From Octopus bimaculoides (lineage: Eukaryota), in the NCBI RefSeq assembly GCF_001194135.2, contig NC_068992.1, positions 44,554,971 to 44,618,970 of the forward strand: DNA of 64,000 nt. Direction: 5' to 3'. The notes under the pieces were generated by a model. The model saw nothing but the letters and a program-made list of their open reading frames with translations. It had not been told where the DNA came from and did not search any database. Position 1 is the first letter of the stretch; each line of letters opens with the position of its first letter. The position numbers were made by a program, and so were the translations under genes. Positions 1-12,945 of this stretch are shown here, piece by piece.

Positions 1-101
1 ATATATATATATATATATATATATATACATGCACACATACATACATACATACAAACATACATACATACATACGTACATACATACATACATACATACATAC
101 A

Positions 102-135
<34 letters not shown>

Positions 136-170
136 CATACACACTTAATTACTTACTTATATACATACAT
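1..170. repeat. (TA)n/(TACA)n microsatellite
   Basis: Direct tandem TA then TACA units. Confidence 0.95.
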
Positions 171-500
171 AACTGCAGCGTTCCATTCGCTTCAGTTGCC
201 ACTTGACAACTCAAAAATCTTTCAAGAAAGAAAACAGTTTTCAACTGGTAACATAAAAATTCAGAAAATGCCACACGTCCAGGAATTCAGCAAATACTAA
301 TTTCTATAACAAATAATAACGACAGCAGCAGCAGCAGCAGTAGTAGTAGTTGTAGTAGTAGTAGTAGTAGTAGTATAAAAAAATATACAAACATGAAAGA
401 AAAATATTTGTAATGCATTTATAGATATATACATATAAGTATATATGTATATGTATAAGTATATGTATATATATATCTTTATATATATATATATGCATAT

Positions 501-550
501 CTCTTTTACTCTTTTACTTGTTTCAATCATTTGACTGCGACCATGCTGGA
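501..550 (-). mobile_element. 3' terminus fragment of composite SINE family B/C
   Basis: ctcttttactcttttacttgtttcaatcatttgactgcgaccatgctgga overlaps the family C segment at 3968 (gactgtggccatc); truncated by (TA)n and a gap. Assignment as the 3' end relies on a recalled consensus. Confidence 0.6.
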
Positions 551-559
551 TATATATAT

Positions 560-778
560 NNNNNNNNNNNNNNNNNNNNNNNNNNNNNNNNNNNNNNNNN
601 NNNNNNNNNNNNNNNNNNNNNNNNNNNNNNNNNNNNNNNNNNNNNNNNNNNNNNNNNNNNNNNNNNNNNNNNNNNNNNNNNNNNNNNNNNNNNNNNNNNN
701 NNNNNNNNNNNNNNNNNNNNNNNNNNNNNNNNNNNNNNNNNNNNNNNNNNNNNNNNNNNNNNNNNNNNNNNNNNNNNN
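560..778. other. assembly gap (N run)
   Basis: N run flanked by AT-rich repeats. Confidence 1.
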
Positions 779-1189
779 ATATGTATGTATTCTAGTACAA
801 GTAGAAAGATATATTTTTCAATGCGTAAATACTGATAGAACGGCATATATAGGATAATATCCGTACAGAACACAGAAAAATCTGTCAGCAACCATGTATG
901 TATATGCTGTCAAGAATATAATTTCTTTCTCTAATGTTTTCTGCGTTTTACTCTTCAGATTTCATCTTTCTTGAGCTTAATTGCAGATGTATCATATATT
1001 GATGGAAATGGTCTGATTGTCAGTGCCACTGCAAACAGAATTATTTTCTTCTAGTAGAATGTCAACAATAGTACCAGCAACCAATTCGAGTGATAAAAAT
1101 CTTCTATGCAACAATGGTAAATTTTCCAATAACTGGAAACAGGAAGAACAATGGCCAGAAATATCACCAGAATAAACATGGAGCCAACG

Positions 1190-1223
1190 TACTACTGCTG
1201 CTGCTGCTGCTACCACCACCACT

Positions 1224-1256
<33 letters not shown>

Positions 1257-1257
1257 G

Positions 1258-1305
<48 letters not shown>

Positions 1306-1306
1306 G
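1190..1306. repeat. (CTG/CCA/CTA)n trinucleotide microsatellite
   Basis: Direct tandem repeat; causes poly-L/poly-V ORF artefacts. Confidence 0.95.
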
Positions 1307-1486
1307 TTAATCGTGTAATTGTTTACTCAGTGGTGAGGAAAACAAACGATGTGATGGCAGGATCTCGCCTCACCGTCTCTTATTGGTTTCACAAATCACA
1401 AAGCTTAGCTAAGATAAGATGAAATACAAACATGGAAAGCATAGTATATCTCAACACCGCCATACACCGATGTATTAGTATGCAAG

Positions 1487-1645
1487 CAAGGCTGAGTGGT
1501 TAAGGATTTTGTTTGATAACCATGATGTTATGAGTTCGATCACACAACATGGAATCATGTAAAAGTGCAGTTATCATAATCCTGAGTCGATCAACGACCT
1601 GTAAGTGAAACTGGATAGATGGAAACTATGCTGAAGGCTTTCGGA
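1487..1645 (+). mobile_element. old SINE family B head (tRNA-like)
   Basis: ggctgagtggttaagg (A-box-like), gagttcgatc (B-box-like), then gtaagtgaaactggatagatggaaact, a diverged match to 12006-12160. Confidence 0.65.
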
Positions 1646-1947
1646 TGAACTCTATCTGTAATTCAAAGCTCCAGTCTTTTCGCTGATTTTATATGAGAAT
1701 TATGTCATGGGTTCACATGTCTATGGGATACTCAACAATATTAGACGTTAATTTAGTAAGAAGGTCATCCAGGAGATTGAACAGCTGGACACTTATACCG
1801 AAATCAATGGACAGTCCATCGCACACACTCACACACAATCCCACACACTCACACTAGCACATGTAATTTTATATTGTACAGTTCATCTGGCTACTGAAAC
1901 ACTCATTTTGATTGTTTGTTGTTGTTGTTATTGTTGTTATTGTTGTT

Positions 1948-2145
1948 AAGGCCGTGAGCTGGTAAGAAACGTTAGGACTTGGGGCAAAATGCTAAGCAGC
2001 ATTTCACCGTCTTTGTGCTCTGAGTTCAAATTCCGCCAAAGTAGACTTTATCTTTCGTCAAGTACCAGTTGAGTATCGCAGTCGATGTAAACGACTTACC
2101 CACTCTCCCGAACTTGCTGGCCTTGTGCCAAAATTTGAAACCATT
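1948..2145 (+). mobile_element. SINE family A (tRNA-like head)
   Basis: ggccgtgagctggtaagaaacgttag...ctgagttcaaattccgcc...ggccttgtgccaaaatttgaaacc; homologous to the reverse complement of 60968-61187; both flanks are (GTT/ATT)n. Confidence 0.85.
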
Positions 2146-2599
2146 ATAATTATTGTTATTATTACTATTATTATCAGTTTAGTAGCTAATTAATTTACCA
2201 ATTAATTCTGTAATTGACTGTATCAGTGATATTTCTGTTATCATCCGTATGAGGAGTCGTATGTAAAGTCTAACTCGGAGTAATTATTGCCTTAATAGAT
2301 GTACGGTAAATGAGCAACTTAGTCCACTGATATCATTAGTGAATGGTATGACTGATTTCAAGTAATGACTGTATGTGTATTGACGTGTGTAGGTCTGTTT
2401 ATGCGTGTATGTCTGTATGTTTGTGTTTGCACGAGTGTGTGTAGTGTATATGTAGTGTGTATATAGTGAGTATGAGTGTGTGCATATGTATGTGCTTGTG
2501 TAAGTGCGCATGCGAGCGTGTGTTTATGTGTTTAATTATCAATAGATAGATTACCAGTTCTTTGATGTAGAGAGAGACTTGGAATCGATGAGATTGGTA

Positions 2600-2632
<33 letters not shown>

Positions 2633-3565
2633 AATATAGATATATACATATCATATATATATATATGCACATATAGATATATACATATTTATATTTACAC
2701 ACACACACATGCGCGCGCGCACACACACACACACATACACACACACACACACACATATATATATGCATATATATATGTGTGTGTGTGTGTGTGTGTATGT
2801 ATATATATTCATGCACACACATGTATGTATGTACACATATGAGTGTATGTGTATGTATGATGCAGAGGTCAATGTAAATGTCCATTCTAGCTTGTCTATC
2901 GACTCGAATATCTCATCTAGATATTGTATCGATATCGTTTATAGTCGTATTGGAAGATACAAGAGATATGCAATTGGTTTACATTGGCAGGATTAATGGA
3001 GGTGAGGCCATGAAATAATCACTTTAATCGGGAAACAATAAAATAAAAAGATTCTTCAAACACTCTGATTCATTCATGTAATAACACTCAGATCACGTTT
3101 AAGCGACTCTCAGAGACTTTTAGCGATTTCCACCATAAACGACGAATCTGATAGCAGTCAACATAATTCGATGGCTGTAAACTTTCGACATAATCTCTTA
3201 ATCTTTATTGATGTATATTATATTTGATAATAAATAATACGAGAGTGTTTCAAAGACAGAACAAATTTAATTATTGTAGCCATTACAGACAATCTCCAGT
3301 CAGCTATATGTCTCTAAAGACACAAGTAAAAGAATTACCATTTCATATTTAGCAGACATAACTAAGATGTACAATTGTTATCGACAAAAACTCTTACATG
3401 ATGATAGATGAGGCTAAGAAATGTGTTTTAAACGAAATCACCATAACATTGCGACATTAATAATTTATTTCAATCAAAATCAAACGAATCTTCGAAATAT
3501 TTTCGCTAAAACTGAATGGGTTAGATTTACTTATCAAAGTTTCATCTGGGGACAGACAAAATATA

Positions 3566-3595
3566 GATAGATAGATAGATAGATAGCTAGCTAGC

Positions 3596-3640
<45 letters not shown>

Positions 3641-3770
3641 GGATAGATAAATAGATAGATAGTTAGATAAATAGATAGATGGATGGATAGATAGATAGAT
3701 GGATAGATGGATAGAGAGATAGATAGATAGATAGATAGGTGGATAGATAGATAGAGAGAAAGAGGGAGAG
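3566..3770. repeat. (GATA)n microsatellite
   Basis: Direct tandem repeat. Confidence 0.95.
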
Positions 3771-3967
3771 AGATAGGGAGGGAGGAACGGAAGAGATAAA
3801 TGGGTAGGCCCGATAGGGATTATATACACATGCACCACACACGCACTCACACACACACAAACGCGTGTGTGTGTGCGCGCATATGTATATGAGAGGATGT
3901 GTATTGTAATGTAAGAGATGTAAAATATCTTCTTTTATCTTTCATCATTTACATATTTCAGTCTATA

Positions 3968-4115
3968 GACTGTGGCCATCTTAGGGCACCGCCCTGGACG
4001 ATTTACTCGAATAAAATGACCCCAGTACTTATTTGTAAGTCAGGTCCTTATTTTATCAGTCCCTTTTTTCCGAACCGCTAAAGTTTGGTTGTCAAGTGGT
4101 GGCAGGGTTCAAACA
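3968..4115 (-). mobile_element. SINE family B/C 3' half
   Basis: gactgtggccatc...accccagtacttatttgtaag...ccgaaccgctaa...ggttgtcaag...caaacac; reverse-complement homolog at 41900-42043. Confidence 0.75.
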
Positions 4116-4134
4116 CAAACACAAATCCATCCAT

Positions 4135-4168
<34 letters not shown>

Positions 4169-4227
4169 GTCCATCCATCCACCCATCCATCCATTTATAC
4201 ATACATGCATACATACATACATACATG

Positions 4228-4678
4228 AGACGAAGTAATATCGGTAGAGGCACAAGGTCAGCCCAAACAGCCTTTGCATGTCGCATTGTTTCTCTCAGCT
4301 AACACCTACTGAACAGGAAAGAAAGAAATAAGTATATTCCATGCACACTAAAACTTGAGAGCAGCATCTTCAGAGTTGAAGAAGAACTACGGTGCAGGTA
4401 CTCTGAGAATACAACTGTTTAATACGACCCAAATGAAGTTGGACTGGCCTACTTAAACATAAGCTTGGAGGAGAAGCAGACATCAACCCAACAAAAAGCA
4501 ATGCATGGGTACATATCCCAAGAGCTAGAGGGCAACAACAGCATTGACAGGAAGAATAGACTCTCCTGCACCTGCGACAAATACATTACAACCCACCTAA
4601 TAGGATATGCTTTCGATATCTAGGAACAAGAGGTAGCCATTAAATCTGCAAGGATAGAACTCCGAGGAAAGTAATTCA
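4228..4678 (+). mobile_element. decayed R4/Dong-like non-LTR retrotransposon, region C-terminal to the RT domain
   Basis: One frame with 3 internal stops: [30 protein letters not shown]...QKAMHGYISQELEGNNSIDRK...YITTHLIGYAFDI*EQEVAIK; resembles the GGRGL, HG and AIQEQE motifs of R4-clade RLE-type ORFs. Confidence 0.7.
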
Positions 4679-5718
4679 GTAGAGTAATTCCGAGTAAAGT
4701 AATTCATCGGGAGGGCATGAGTTGAGGTTAGTACACAACCTACCAATTCTTGTAAAAGGGAAGAGTTACTAAAGCGACAGACGGTTTAAAGAACTGACAC
4801 ATCATGTAAGTTGAGATGGAGTTAGTGGTGGTTGTTTCTTGGCACGAAAGGCCTAGGTTCTTTTCGATGAAGTCTAGGATGTGGTCCACAAATGTACCTG
4901 GCGGAAGATTAGCAGATGTTTGCAGCCAAAGTGGTTTATGACACTAGATAGCAAATCAAATTTTTGTATCGAAATCCTATAAGAAAAATGTAAAGTCTAC
5001 GAGAAAGTAGATAAAAATTGATTAAAGAATTTAAAAACGGTAAACAAAGTTGATTGATCAATAAAGAATCATCTCCTTATGCAGTTTAATGTAAGAATTT
5101 TAATATGTGCCTCGTGAATTAATGTTTACATGCTAGCAAACTGGAGTTGACTCAATAAATATTAAAAGATAACGAGGCATTTATAACGTAAAACAAAAAG
5201 TATAAGTTAATATACTCGTACACACACGCACACACACTCTCTCTTTCTCTCTTTCACACACACACATATATTAGTGGATGCCTGTGTATAAGTTTATATG
5301 TACATACGTATGTATATGAATACGTATGTATATGAATACGTATGTATATGTAAACATATTTTTCAGTCTAAAATCAATATATTTGAAGCATTTATTCTCA
5401 CATAAAACTGTCTATTTTTAATACATTTATGCACACGCATATTTATCTGTCGCTTCCTCTGTCTCTTTATATAAATATATACTTATGCAGGCATAATGGT
5501 ATAGGCACACACAAAACACGCAAACAAATGCTCAGCGATGCATGAGGAAATATTCACTTAAAAACATGTAAACGCACACGCGCGCGCACACAGGCACACA
5601 CACACTAACACACACACAAACACATACACACAGAAACACACACATACACACATACACACACAAACACACACATACACACACTCACGCCCACACGCCCGCA
5701 TGCACTCACGCACTCACG

Positions 5719-6332
5719 AACTTTACCTTTTATCCTTTCGGGGTCGATAAATTCAGTACCAGTGATGTACTGGAGTCGATGTAACCGACTTAACCCATAT
5801 CCCAAAATTGCTGGCCTTGAGCCAACATTTTAAACCAATATTTAGTTTTATCAGCGAGCTGATAAAATCTTTAACACACCGGTTAAAATGCTTAGCGGCA
5901 TTTCGTCCGTCTTTATGTTCTGAGTTTGAATTCAGTCGAGGCTGGCTTTGTCTTTCATACTTTCGGGTCGATAAAACAAGTACCAGTTGAACATTGGGAA
6001 GGGGAATGTAATTGACTTACCCCTTCCCCCAATCTTGCCGGCATTATGCCAAAATTTGAAACTTATATTAAATTCAGTATGACGGCGAGCTGGTAGAATC
6101 GTTAGCACTGGCAGTTCGCTCTGTCTTTATGTTCTGAGTTCAAATTCCGCCGAGGTCGATTTTGCCTTTTACCCTTTCGAGGTTGATAAAAAAAGTACCA
6201 CCTGAACTCTCCGGAGTAGATGCAATCGATTTAGCCTCTCTCCCGAAACTGCTGGCCTTATGCCTGACTTTGAAATCAATCTTAGAAACTTATGTAAGGT
6301 TACTGCTTTATGTTCTGAGTTCAAATTCCACC
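5719..6332 (+). mobile_element. head-to-tail stack of SINE family A (about 5719-5841 3' half, 5853-6066, 6082-6280, 6302-6332 fragment)
   Basis: Repeated gcgagctg...ttctgagtt(c/t)(a/g)aatt...ctttc(g)ggtcgataaa...gtacca...ggccttatgcc motifs, all in the same orientation. Confidence 0.85.
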
Positions 6333-8071
6333 ATTAAGCCTATCCTGATATTAGATATTTTGGCCAATCAAATCTACTATAGTCAACAGTTGCACATTTC
6401 TAGTCTCGTATTAAAGTAAGAAATTTATAGTTTAATTTAACATCCCAAACCTCCTTCAACAACAAGCAAGCTCTTGATACGCCTTGACCTAGCGTCTTGC
6501 TTTCAATTTTAGCAAATGCTCTGAAAACAACTCTCAGAGAATCAGTCCAGTGAAGACGTTGTTGTTGTTGTTGTTGCCTAGTTGTTGTCTAAAGGCTTAT
6601 AAGTAAAGAGTTCCAACTGTGACCACTTCATCTTTTATTCAAATATACTGTATACAGAACTACATCATTCAATGTGTGCTGATATATCTGGTAGGATATT
6701 GTATATAGAATCTGTACAATATTGCTTCCTTCTTTGGCTCATCCATCAAGTTATTTCGAATCTTGCATGAAAGCCATTATCAGTCACATATCACAAAACT
6801 GCTCATGCTTTAAAGTTATGAAACGTTTTTCTGTTTGTATAAACAAAACTGAATCATTGTAAAAATTTTTTTTGTTTGATATTTATCTAAGATAAACTTT
6901 TGATAAATTTGTCAAATATGACGGTGGACAAGTTTCTGATTCGAATTTACGGAGAATATAGAAACGAAACACCAATATTACATCTAATCTAAATTGTATA
7001 AAACAAATAGCAGAACAGCGACAGCAACATGGATTTCCAAGCTGTTATTAATCAGATTCTCTTATTCCAAAATTTGATAAAGATAAATGGATCAATGAAG
7101 ATATATTTCGTTTCAACGAAAACATTGAAAATATTTCAGTTGTATAAAAAGCAATTAATATTTTCTAAATTCGCTCTTATGTCAGAGAAAGTGTCTTCTA
7201 TTAAAGAATGTGGCCAATAATTCTTCATATATTTATTCTATCACCGTTCATTAACGTCACACGGAACATTCAGAGGTAACAAATTGTCAAAGAATTGAGC
7301 AAAGACGACCTTCCACTTTCACTGTAATGATCGCAGCAGCTGCTGCCACCTATATATTTTGTTTTCATTTCAAATGGATAGGTTGAGGCTCATTTAAAGA
7401 GAAAATTTTAAATTATAATGTTCAAATGCTAATTTCATTTTGGTTTTATTGATCTTACAAAATACGCGCACAGAAACATACGTACACAAACACACACAAA
7501 CACACACATAGACACGCGCAAAAACACACAAATATGCTGACATATACAGAAAGATATACACATTTACACAATACTTAAGCTGTTTATACATTTATAGCGT
7601 GAGCGCGCACGCACACATACAAACACACACAAATACACACACAGAGTATAATCTAATATATACATTCTTAATGCGTATTTAAGAATACATACACATATAT
7701 AAACATGTGTTCATAGATTTATGTGCATAAGAATATGTATAAAAACACATAAAAATACAATCACGCGCACATACACACATATGTACGTATATGTGTGTGT
7801 ATTTATAAACACGCATATTATAAATCGTATTTTCAGCAAGCTGTATCTAATTAAATTCGTTAAATTTCATCCGTATGAGAAAGTGTATATGCGTAAAATA
7901 TCATGATAGGCACGGTGACATACATATAGAACCATACACCTATGTGTTGGTGTAAATGTGTGTGTGTGCGCGTGTGTGTGAGCGCGTGCCTGTAATATAT
8001 ATATTGTGATATATGCTATTCATGTGTGCATGTACGTATGCATGTATCAATGCATGCATGTAAATATATAC

Positions 8072-8074
<3 letters not shown>

Positions 8075-8154
<80 letters not shown>
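8075..8154. repeat. (AT)n microsatellite
   Basis: About 40 tandem AT units. Confidence 0.97.
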
Positions 8155-8159
<5 letters not shown>

Positions 8160-8742
8160 TTTATTGGAAGGAGGGGAGGTGTGGGAAAGAGCGAGAAAGA
8201 GTGAGAGTGAGAGGGAACAAATTTTTCTGATACTGAGTTAAGTGATCTTCTCTAGTCTTATTATTTTTACTCCAAAAGAGGAAGTCTCTTTGAGAGTAAA
8301 AGAATATATGAAAACCCACACTAAAACATAACCACACCCACTAATGTAGGCTACACCTTTTCAGATTCCTAATAACAACCACCACTCACAACCCCTCCCA
8401 TTTGACCACGCCCACTAGTAATTGGTTTCTCAATTTTCCTTATATATGTATGCAGACATAACTTTAAGTTTATTGTGAAGGGAGGATACAGGACGTGTTG
8501 AATCATTGCTAATGACAAAAAGTCAGAACTGCCAGGAAGAGAAACCGTATCCTGAATTTACTTCATGCAAGTTTTAACTTATACCACCATGTCTGCACTT
8601 GAAATATATTAAGTCGTTTATTTACCAAATTTTCTTGCTGATTTAACTATCTTCCTGTCCACCCCTAAGTTACTTTCAATCGCTCTGTTTATACACACAC
8701 ACACTAACACATACATATGCATACAGATGCACAGACAGTCAC

Positions 8743-8779
<37 letters not shown>

Positions 8780-9646
8780 TTGCTCACGTCTAAATAAATC
8801 ACGAATATATATTTATAAGCAAAGTAATTAGGATAAATATTTGTGGATTTCGAGAAGGAAAGAAATAGCTTGATTTCAAACATCAAATCACAAAACAGTT
8901 ATTTAGAGAAGTTAAAAAAACAAACAAACAAGCGAAAAACATAAATATACTAAAAACTATCTGCGGAATAGTTTTGTATGTACTTTGAAAGCGTTTAGCA
9001 TAAACTGTGTTTTTGTGATAATGTCAGTAAATTCCGTTAAATATAGACCAAAACTGGAGGTAACCACAGAGAAGTGCTTTGATGAAAGAGAAAAGAAAAT
9101 GTATTTTAAATTGATGCATATGAATGGCACAACATTACCAAAATATGCTTAATATTCTGATTTTATCAGGATACAGCTTCATTATGAAGCTTTTATGGTG
9201 AACACGTTGCCAAATTATGTTTTCCAAGACATAAGCGACATCTCACTAGTCGAATATAAATGGCCGTTATGATATCAGCTGTGAAGTATTCATTAAAAAC
9301 AATATTTTACACCTTTGATGCAGGTAATTCAATCACTAACGAAAGAAAAAAATACAGTAAAGATACTTGCTTAAGATATCTAATTCTAGTAATTGAGTTT
9401 TTATCTCTGTCTTTTTTTTAAACTCTATATTTCCATTCTCTTTTCTATCGTTCTATTCACAAATACACCGTTTCACACATAGATTTGCCAGCCCACAAGA
9501 GAATAGGCAGAGACCAACTGAGAGGTGTTAATTTCGATGCCTTTTATTTAGACACAAGTGCGACATGTTCGTCAGGAGAAAGAGGGATTCGAAGGAAAAA
9601 CACAAGGGCAAAAAAATTTAGCGCAATTTTTAGGGTTCCTATTCAA

Positions 9647-9697
9647 TACATACATACATACATACATACATACATACATACATACAAAACACATATT

Positions 9698-9752
<55 letters not shown>
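9647..9752. repeat. (TACA)n followed by (AG)n
   Basis: Direct tandem repeats. Confidence 0.95.
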
Positions 9753-9756
<4 letters not shown>

Positions 9757-9763
9757 GGAGAAA

Positions 9764-9863
9764 TGGTAGAATCGTTACTGTGCCGGATAAAAAGCTCCGG
9801 CATTTCTTCCGACTTTACGTTCTACGTTCTAATGCCGCCGGGGTTGACTTTGCCTTTCATCTT
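9764..9863 (+). mobile_element. SINE family A 5' half
   Basis: tggtagaatcgttactgtgccggataaaa...tttacgttct...gttgactttgcctttcatc. Confidence 0.75.
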
Positions 9864-12005
9864 TGAACTTTCTGGGTATTATATACACATGAACAATTTA
9901 CAGAAGCTATTTTCAAGAGCAGAATAAAATGAGTGAGTTATAATTCCATTCTTTTATGCGTTTCAGACCAAAGGCCGTGACAATTCTCGTATGGTTGGCT
10001 TTTGGTGAAGGAGAGAATGTGACGTTGCTGCCCTCTTTTGAGTTTCTTGCCGTGATGTAGATCTGCACTTCTTAAAGTTTAAGAAAGGGAAACATTGATT
10101 CAGGAATATGATAGGCCATAGTTTTGAGTTGGGAAATATGTCACAGGGATATGGCATAGTGTAGAACAGAGGCCACGTTGCTGCAGCTACCGGAGCCACG
10201 TTACAGGAACCATCGGAACCACCGGAGTAACATTAAGGGTTCATTTGGATAAATAATGAAACAGCAGGAAACCCCTCCGGAAAAAAATCTTGGGCTTTCA
10301 CACGACTGTCACACAATCTTTGGATGTTGATATCTTCCTGACACCAATGTTTGGTACTAGTCAGAATGTTGGCACTATTAAATGTTACTCCTTTGGCACA
10401 ATGACAGTGCAGAAGAGTATAAAAAATAAATAGAACTTCTCTCTACAAAAATCTCCAATAATAAAAGAAAACGAAGTTTTTTACAAAATAACTTTTAGTT
10501 TTTTAGAAAATTGTTGTTGATTTTTAATCCTAGGTCCACTGTGACCGAGCACACCTATTATCAAAGACACTCCAAACATTGTGTACCTGAGAAAGTCCTT
10601 TGATTTTGTATCAACTGAGAAATTCGTCAAACTTTAAAAAACTTATTTGATAGAACAATTCCGACATATTGATGGCGATGATTATTGCGCGTGCACGCAC
10701 ACATAAGCACAATATTTATGACTTGTCTTATTTAACATTTTATAACCGTGTCATTGTGTTCAATAAAAGACAGCTTGCATTTAAAGCCGGATGAACAATG
10801 CTATAAATATAAAATACAAACCAGAGCTGTAAAGTTTTTATAGCTAATTTATGCTGATTAGAAAAAAGAAAAAAGAAAATCATTAAGTACCCGCTCCCTT
10901 TAAAACAGAGATTTACGATGTAGGAAACTACAGCTTGTACAATTACACGGAGAAACACGATAACATAAATTAGTCTTTATTAATTAGATAATCTGATGGT
11001 CGATGTGGCTTGGAGTAAACTATAGTTATTTCCGAGTTAAAGTGATCAAAGATAGTTTGAGGAAAGAGCTTCAAAAGTAAAGATTTGGTAACAATTTCGA
11101 GTCTGCTGCTTCTCATCAGGTCGTCACACATCTACGCACTCATATTTACACATACATTCAGGTACAAATATCTACATAACAAATCATAGTTTAAGGTAAA
11201 GAAAAAAAAAAAAGGATCTACATAGCAGCAAGATACGTTAAAGTTTAAGACAGGGAAACATTGATTCAGGAATATGATAGGTCATAGTTTAGAGTTGAGA
11301 AATATGTCACAGGGATATGGTATATTATAGTGTAGAGCAGAGACGTATTTCACACAAGGATATATATATGATAAAAGGGTAAAATCAATAATAATTTTAC
11401 CACTGTACTCAATTTCTGACATTTACAACAATTATTTCTCCTTTGGCTGTATTTAGGCCGCTATCGGGTTAAACTAATAACAATTATTTTTATTATAATA
11501 TATATATATATAAAAGACATTTCTGGGTGAGAATTGTTATTTAGCTCAACAAGCCAAAAGTTCTACAAAACAAAAGAACAATAAACATCTAGATTTATAT
11601 TTTATACTTTTGGAAGTAAATCTAGAATAATCTCGGCTTTTTAAAGGTTTAGAGGTGAAAGGACACAACGAAAGGAAAGTTGTCAAGATTTCTTTCTTTT
11701 GATGCAGACGATGACAGACATTTATGAAATTACTGACAGATAAAATATAGGAAAGAACACATAAATTTACATATATTTCCATTTAAAGTTCAATATATAC
11801 GTGACTACGGGAGGATAATGGCATATAAGAAGAGCTGAATGATAGTAAACATGTCTTCATTATATGCAAGTCACTCGGTGAACATTAAAATGAATATGAA
11901 AGAATACAGGAAGACTGACATCTTGAAAACTTTACATAATTTGTATATCTGAATTTCTAAGAATTCATTCATTCATTCATTCATTCATACATATGTTACA
12001 CGATC

Positions 12006-12160
12006 ATGGCTGTGTGGCAAGAAGCTTGTTTCTCAAGTACATGGTTCAGGGTTTAGTCCCATTGTGTGGCACCTTGGGCAAGTGTCTTCTATTATAGTCT
12101 AGGGCCGACCAAAGCCTTGTGAGTGAATTTGGTAGACGGAAACTGAAAGAAGCCCGTTAT
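12006..12160 (+). mobile_element. SINE family B head
   Basis: ggctgtgtggcaagaagcttg...ggcaccttgggcaagtgtcttct...ccgaccaaagccttgtgagtgaatttggtagacggaaactgaaagaagcccg, running into (AT)n and a gap; reverse-complement homolog at 15584-15741. Confidence 0.9.
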
Positions 12161-12176
12161 ATATATATATATATAT

Positions 12177-12643
12177 NNNNNNNNNNNNNNNNNNNNNNNN
12201 NNNNNNNNNNNNNNNNNNNNNNNNNNNNNNNNNNNNNNNNNNNNNNNNNNNNNNNNNNNNNNNNNNNNNNNNNNNNNNNNNNNNNNNNNNNNNNNNNNNN
12301 NNNNNNNNNNNNNNNNNNNNNNNNNNNNNNNNNNNNNNNNNNNNNNNNNNNNNNNNNNNNNNNNNNNNNNNNNNNNNNNNNNNNNNNNNNNNNNNNNNNN
12401 NNNNNNNNNNNNNNNNNNNNNNNNNNNNNNNNNNNNNNNNNNNNNNNNNNNNNNNNNNNNNNNNNNNNNNNNNNNNNNNNNNNNNNNNNNNNNNNNNNNN
12501 NNNNNNNNNNNNNNNNNNNNNNNNNNNNNNNNNNNNNNNNNNNNNNNNNNNNNNNNNNNNNNNNNNNNNNNNNNNNNNNNNNNNNNNNNNNNNNNNNNNN
12601 NNNNNNNNNNNNNNNNNNNNNNNNNNNNNNNNNNNNNNNNNNN
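12177..12643. other. assembly gap (N run)
   Basis: N run. Confidence 1.
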
Positions 12644-12689
12644 CTTATCAATGTAGAGCAGCCGAACCCAGCAGGCGTCGTTACTGACC

Positions 12690-12728
12690 GACACCAGCAC
12701 CACCAGCAGCACCAGCACCACCAGCAGT

Positions 12729-12768
<40 letters not shown>

Positions 12769-12945
12769 GCACCACCACCACCACCACCACCACCACCACA
12801 ACCACCACCACCAACATTACCACAACCATCGCTTTTACAACCGTGCTACCGCTGCCGCCTCCGCCACTACTACTACTGCTGTTGCTACTGCTGCTGCTGC
12901 TACTGCTGCTGCTGATGCAGCTGCTGCTCCTCCTACTACTACTAA
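12690..12945. repeat. compound trinucleotide repeat (CAG/CAC/CTA/CTG)
   Basis: Successive CAG, CAC, CTA and CTG runs. Confidence 0.92.

Noticed and set aside
959-1173. Acceptor-like sites with short frames (ISSFLSLIADVSYIDGNG...; MSTIVPATNSS...)
   Set aside because: Short, closed by stops, no recognisable family or consistent donor.
2860-2996. DAEVNVNV stretch suggesting a protocadherin
   Set aside because: No DxDxGxN, DRE or other cadherin motifs.
7022-7034. 13-bp match (cagcaacatggat) to the outer end of the right inverted-repeat arm
   Set aside because: Similarity does not extend either way; treated as coincidence.
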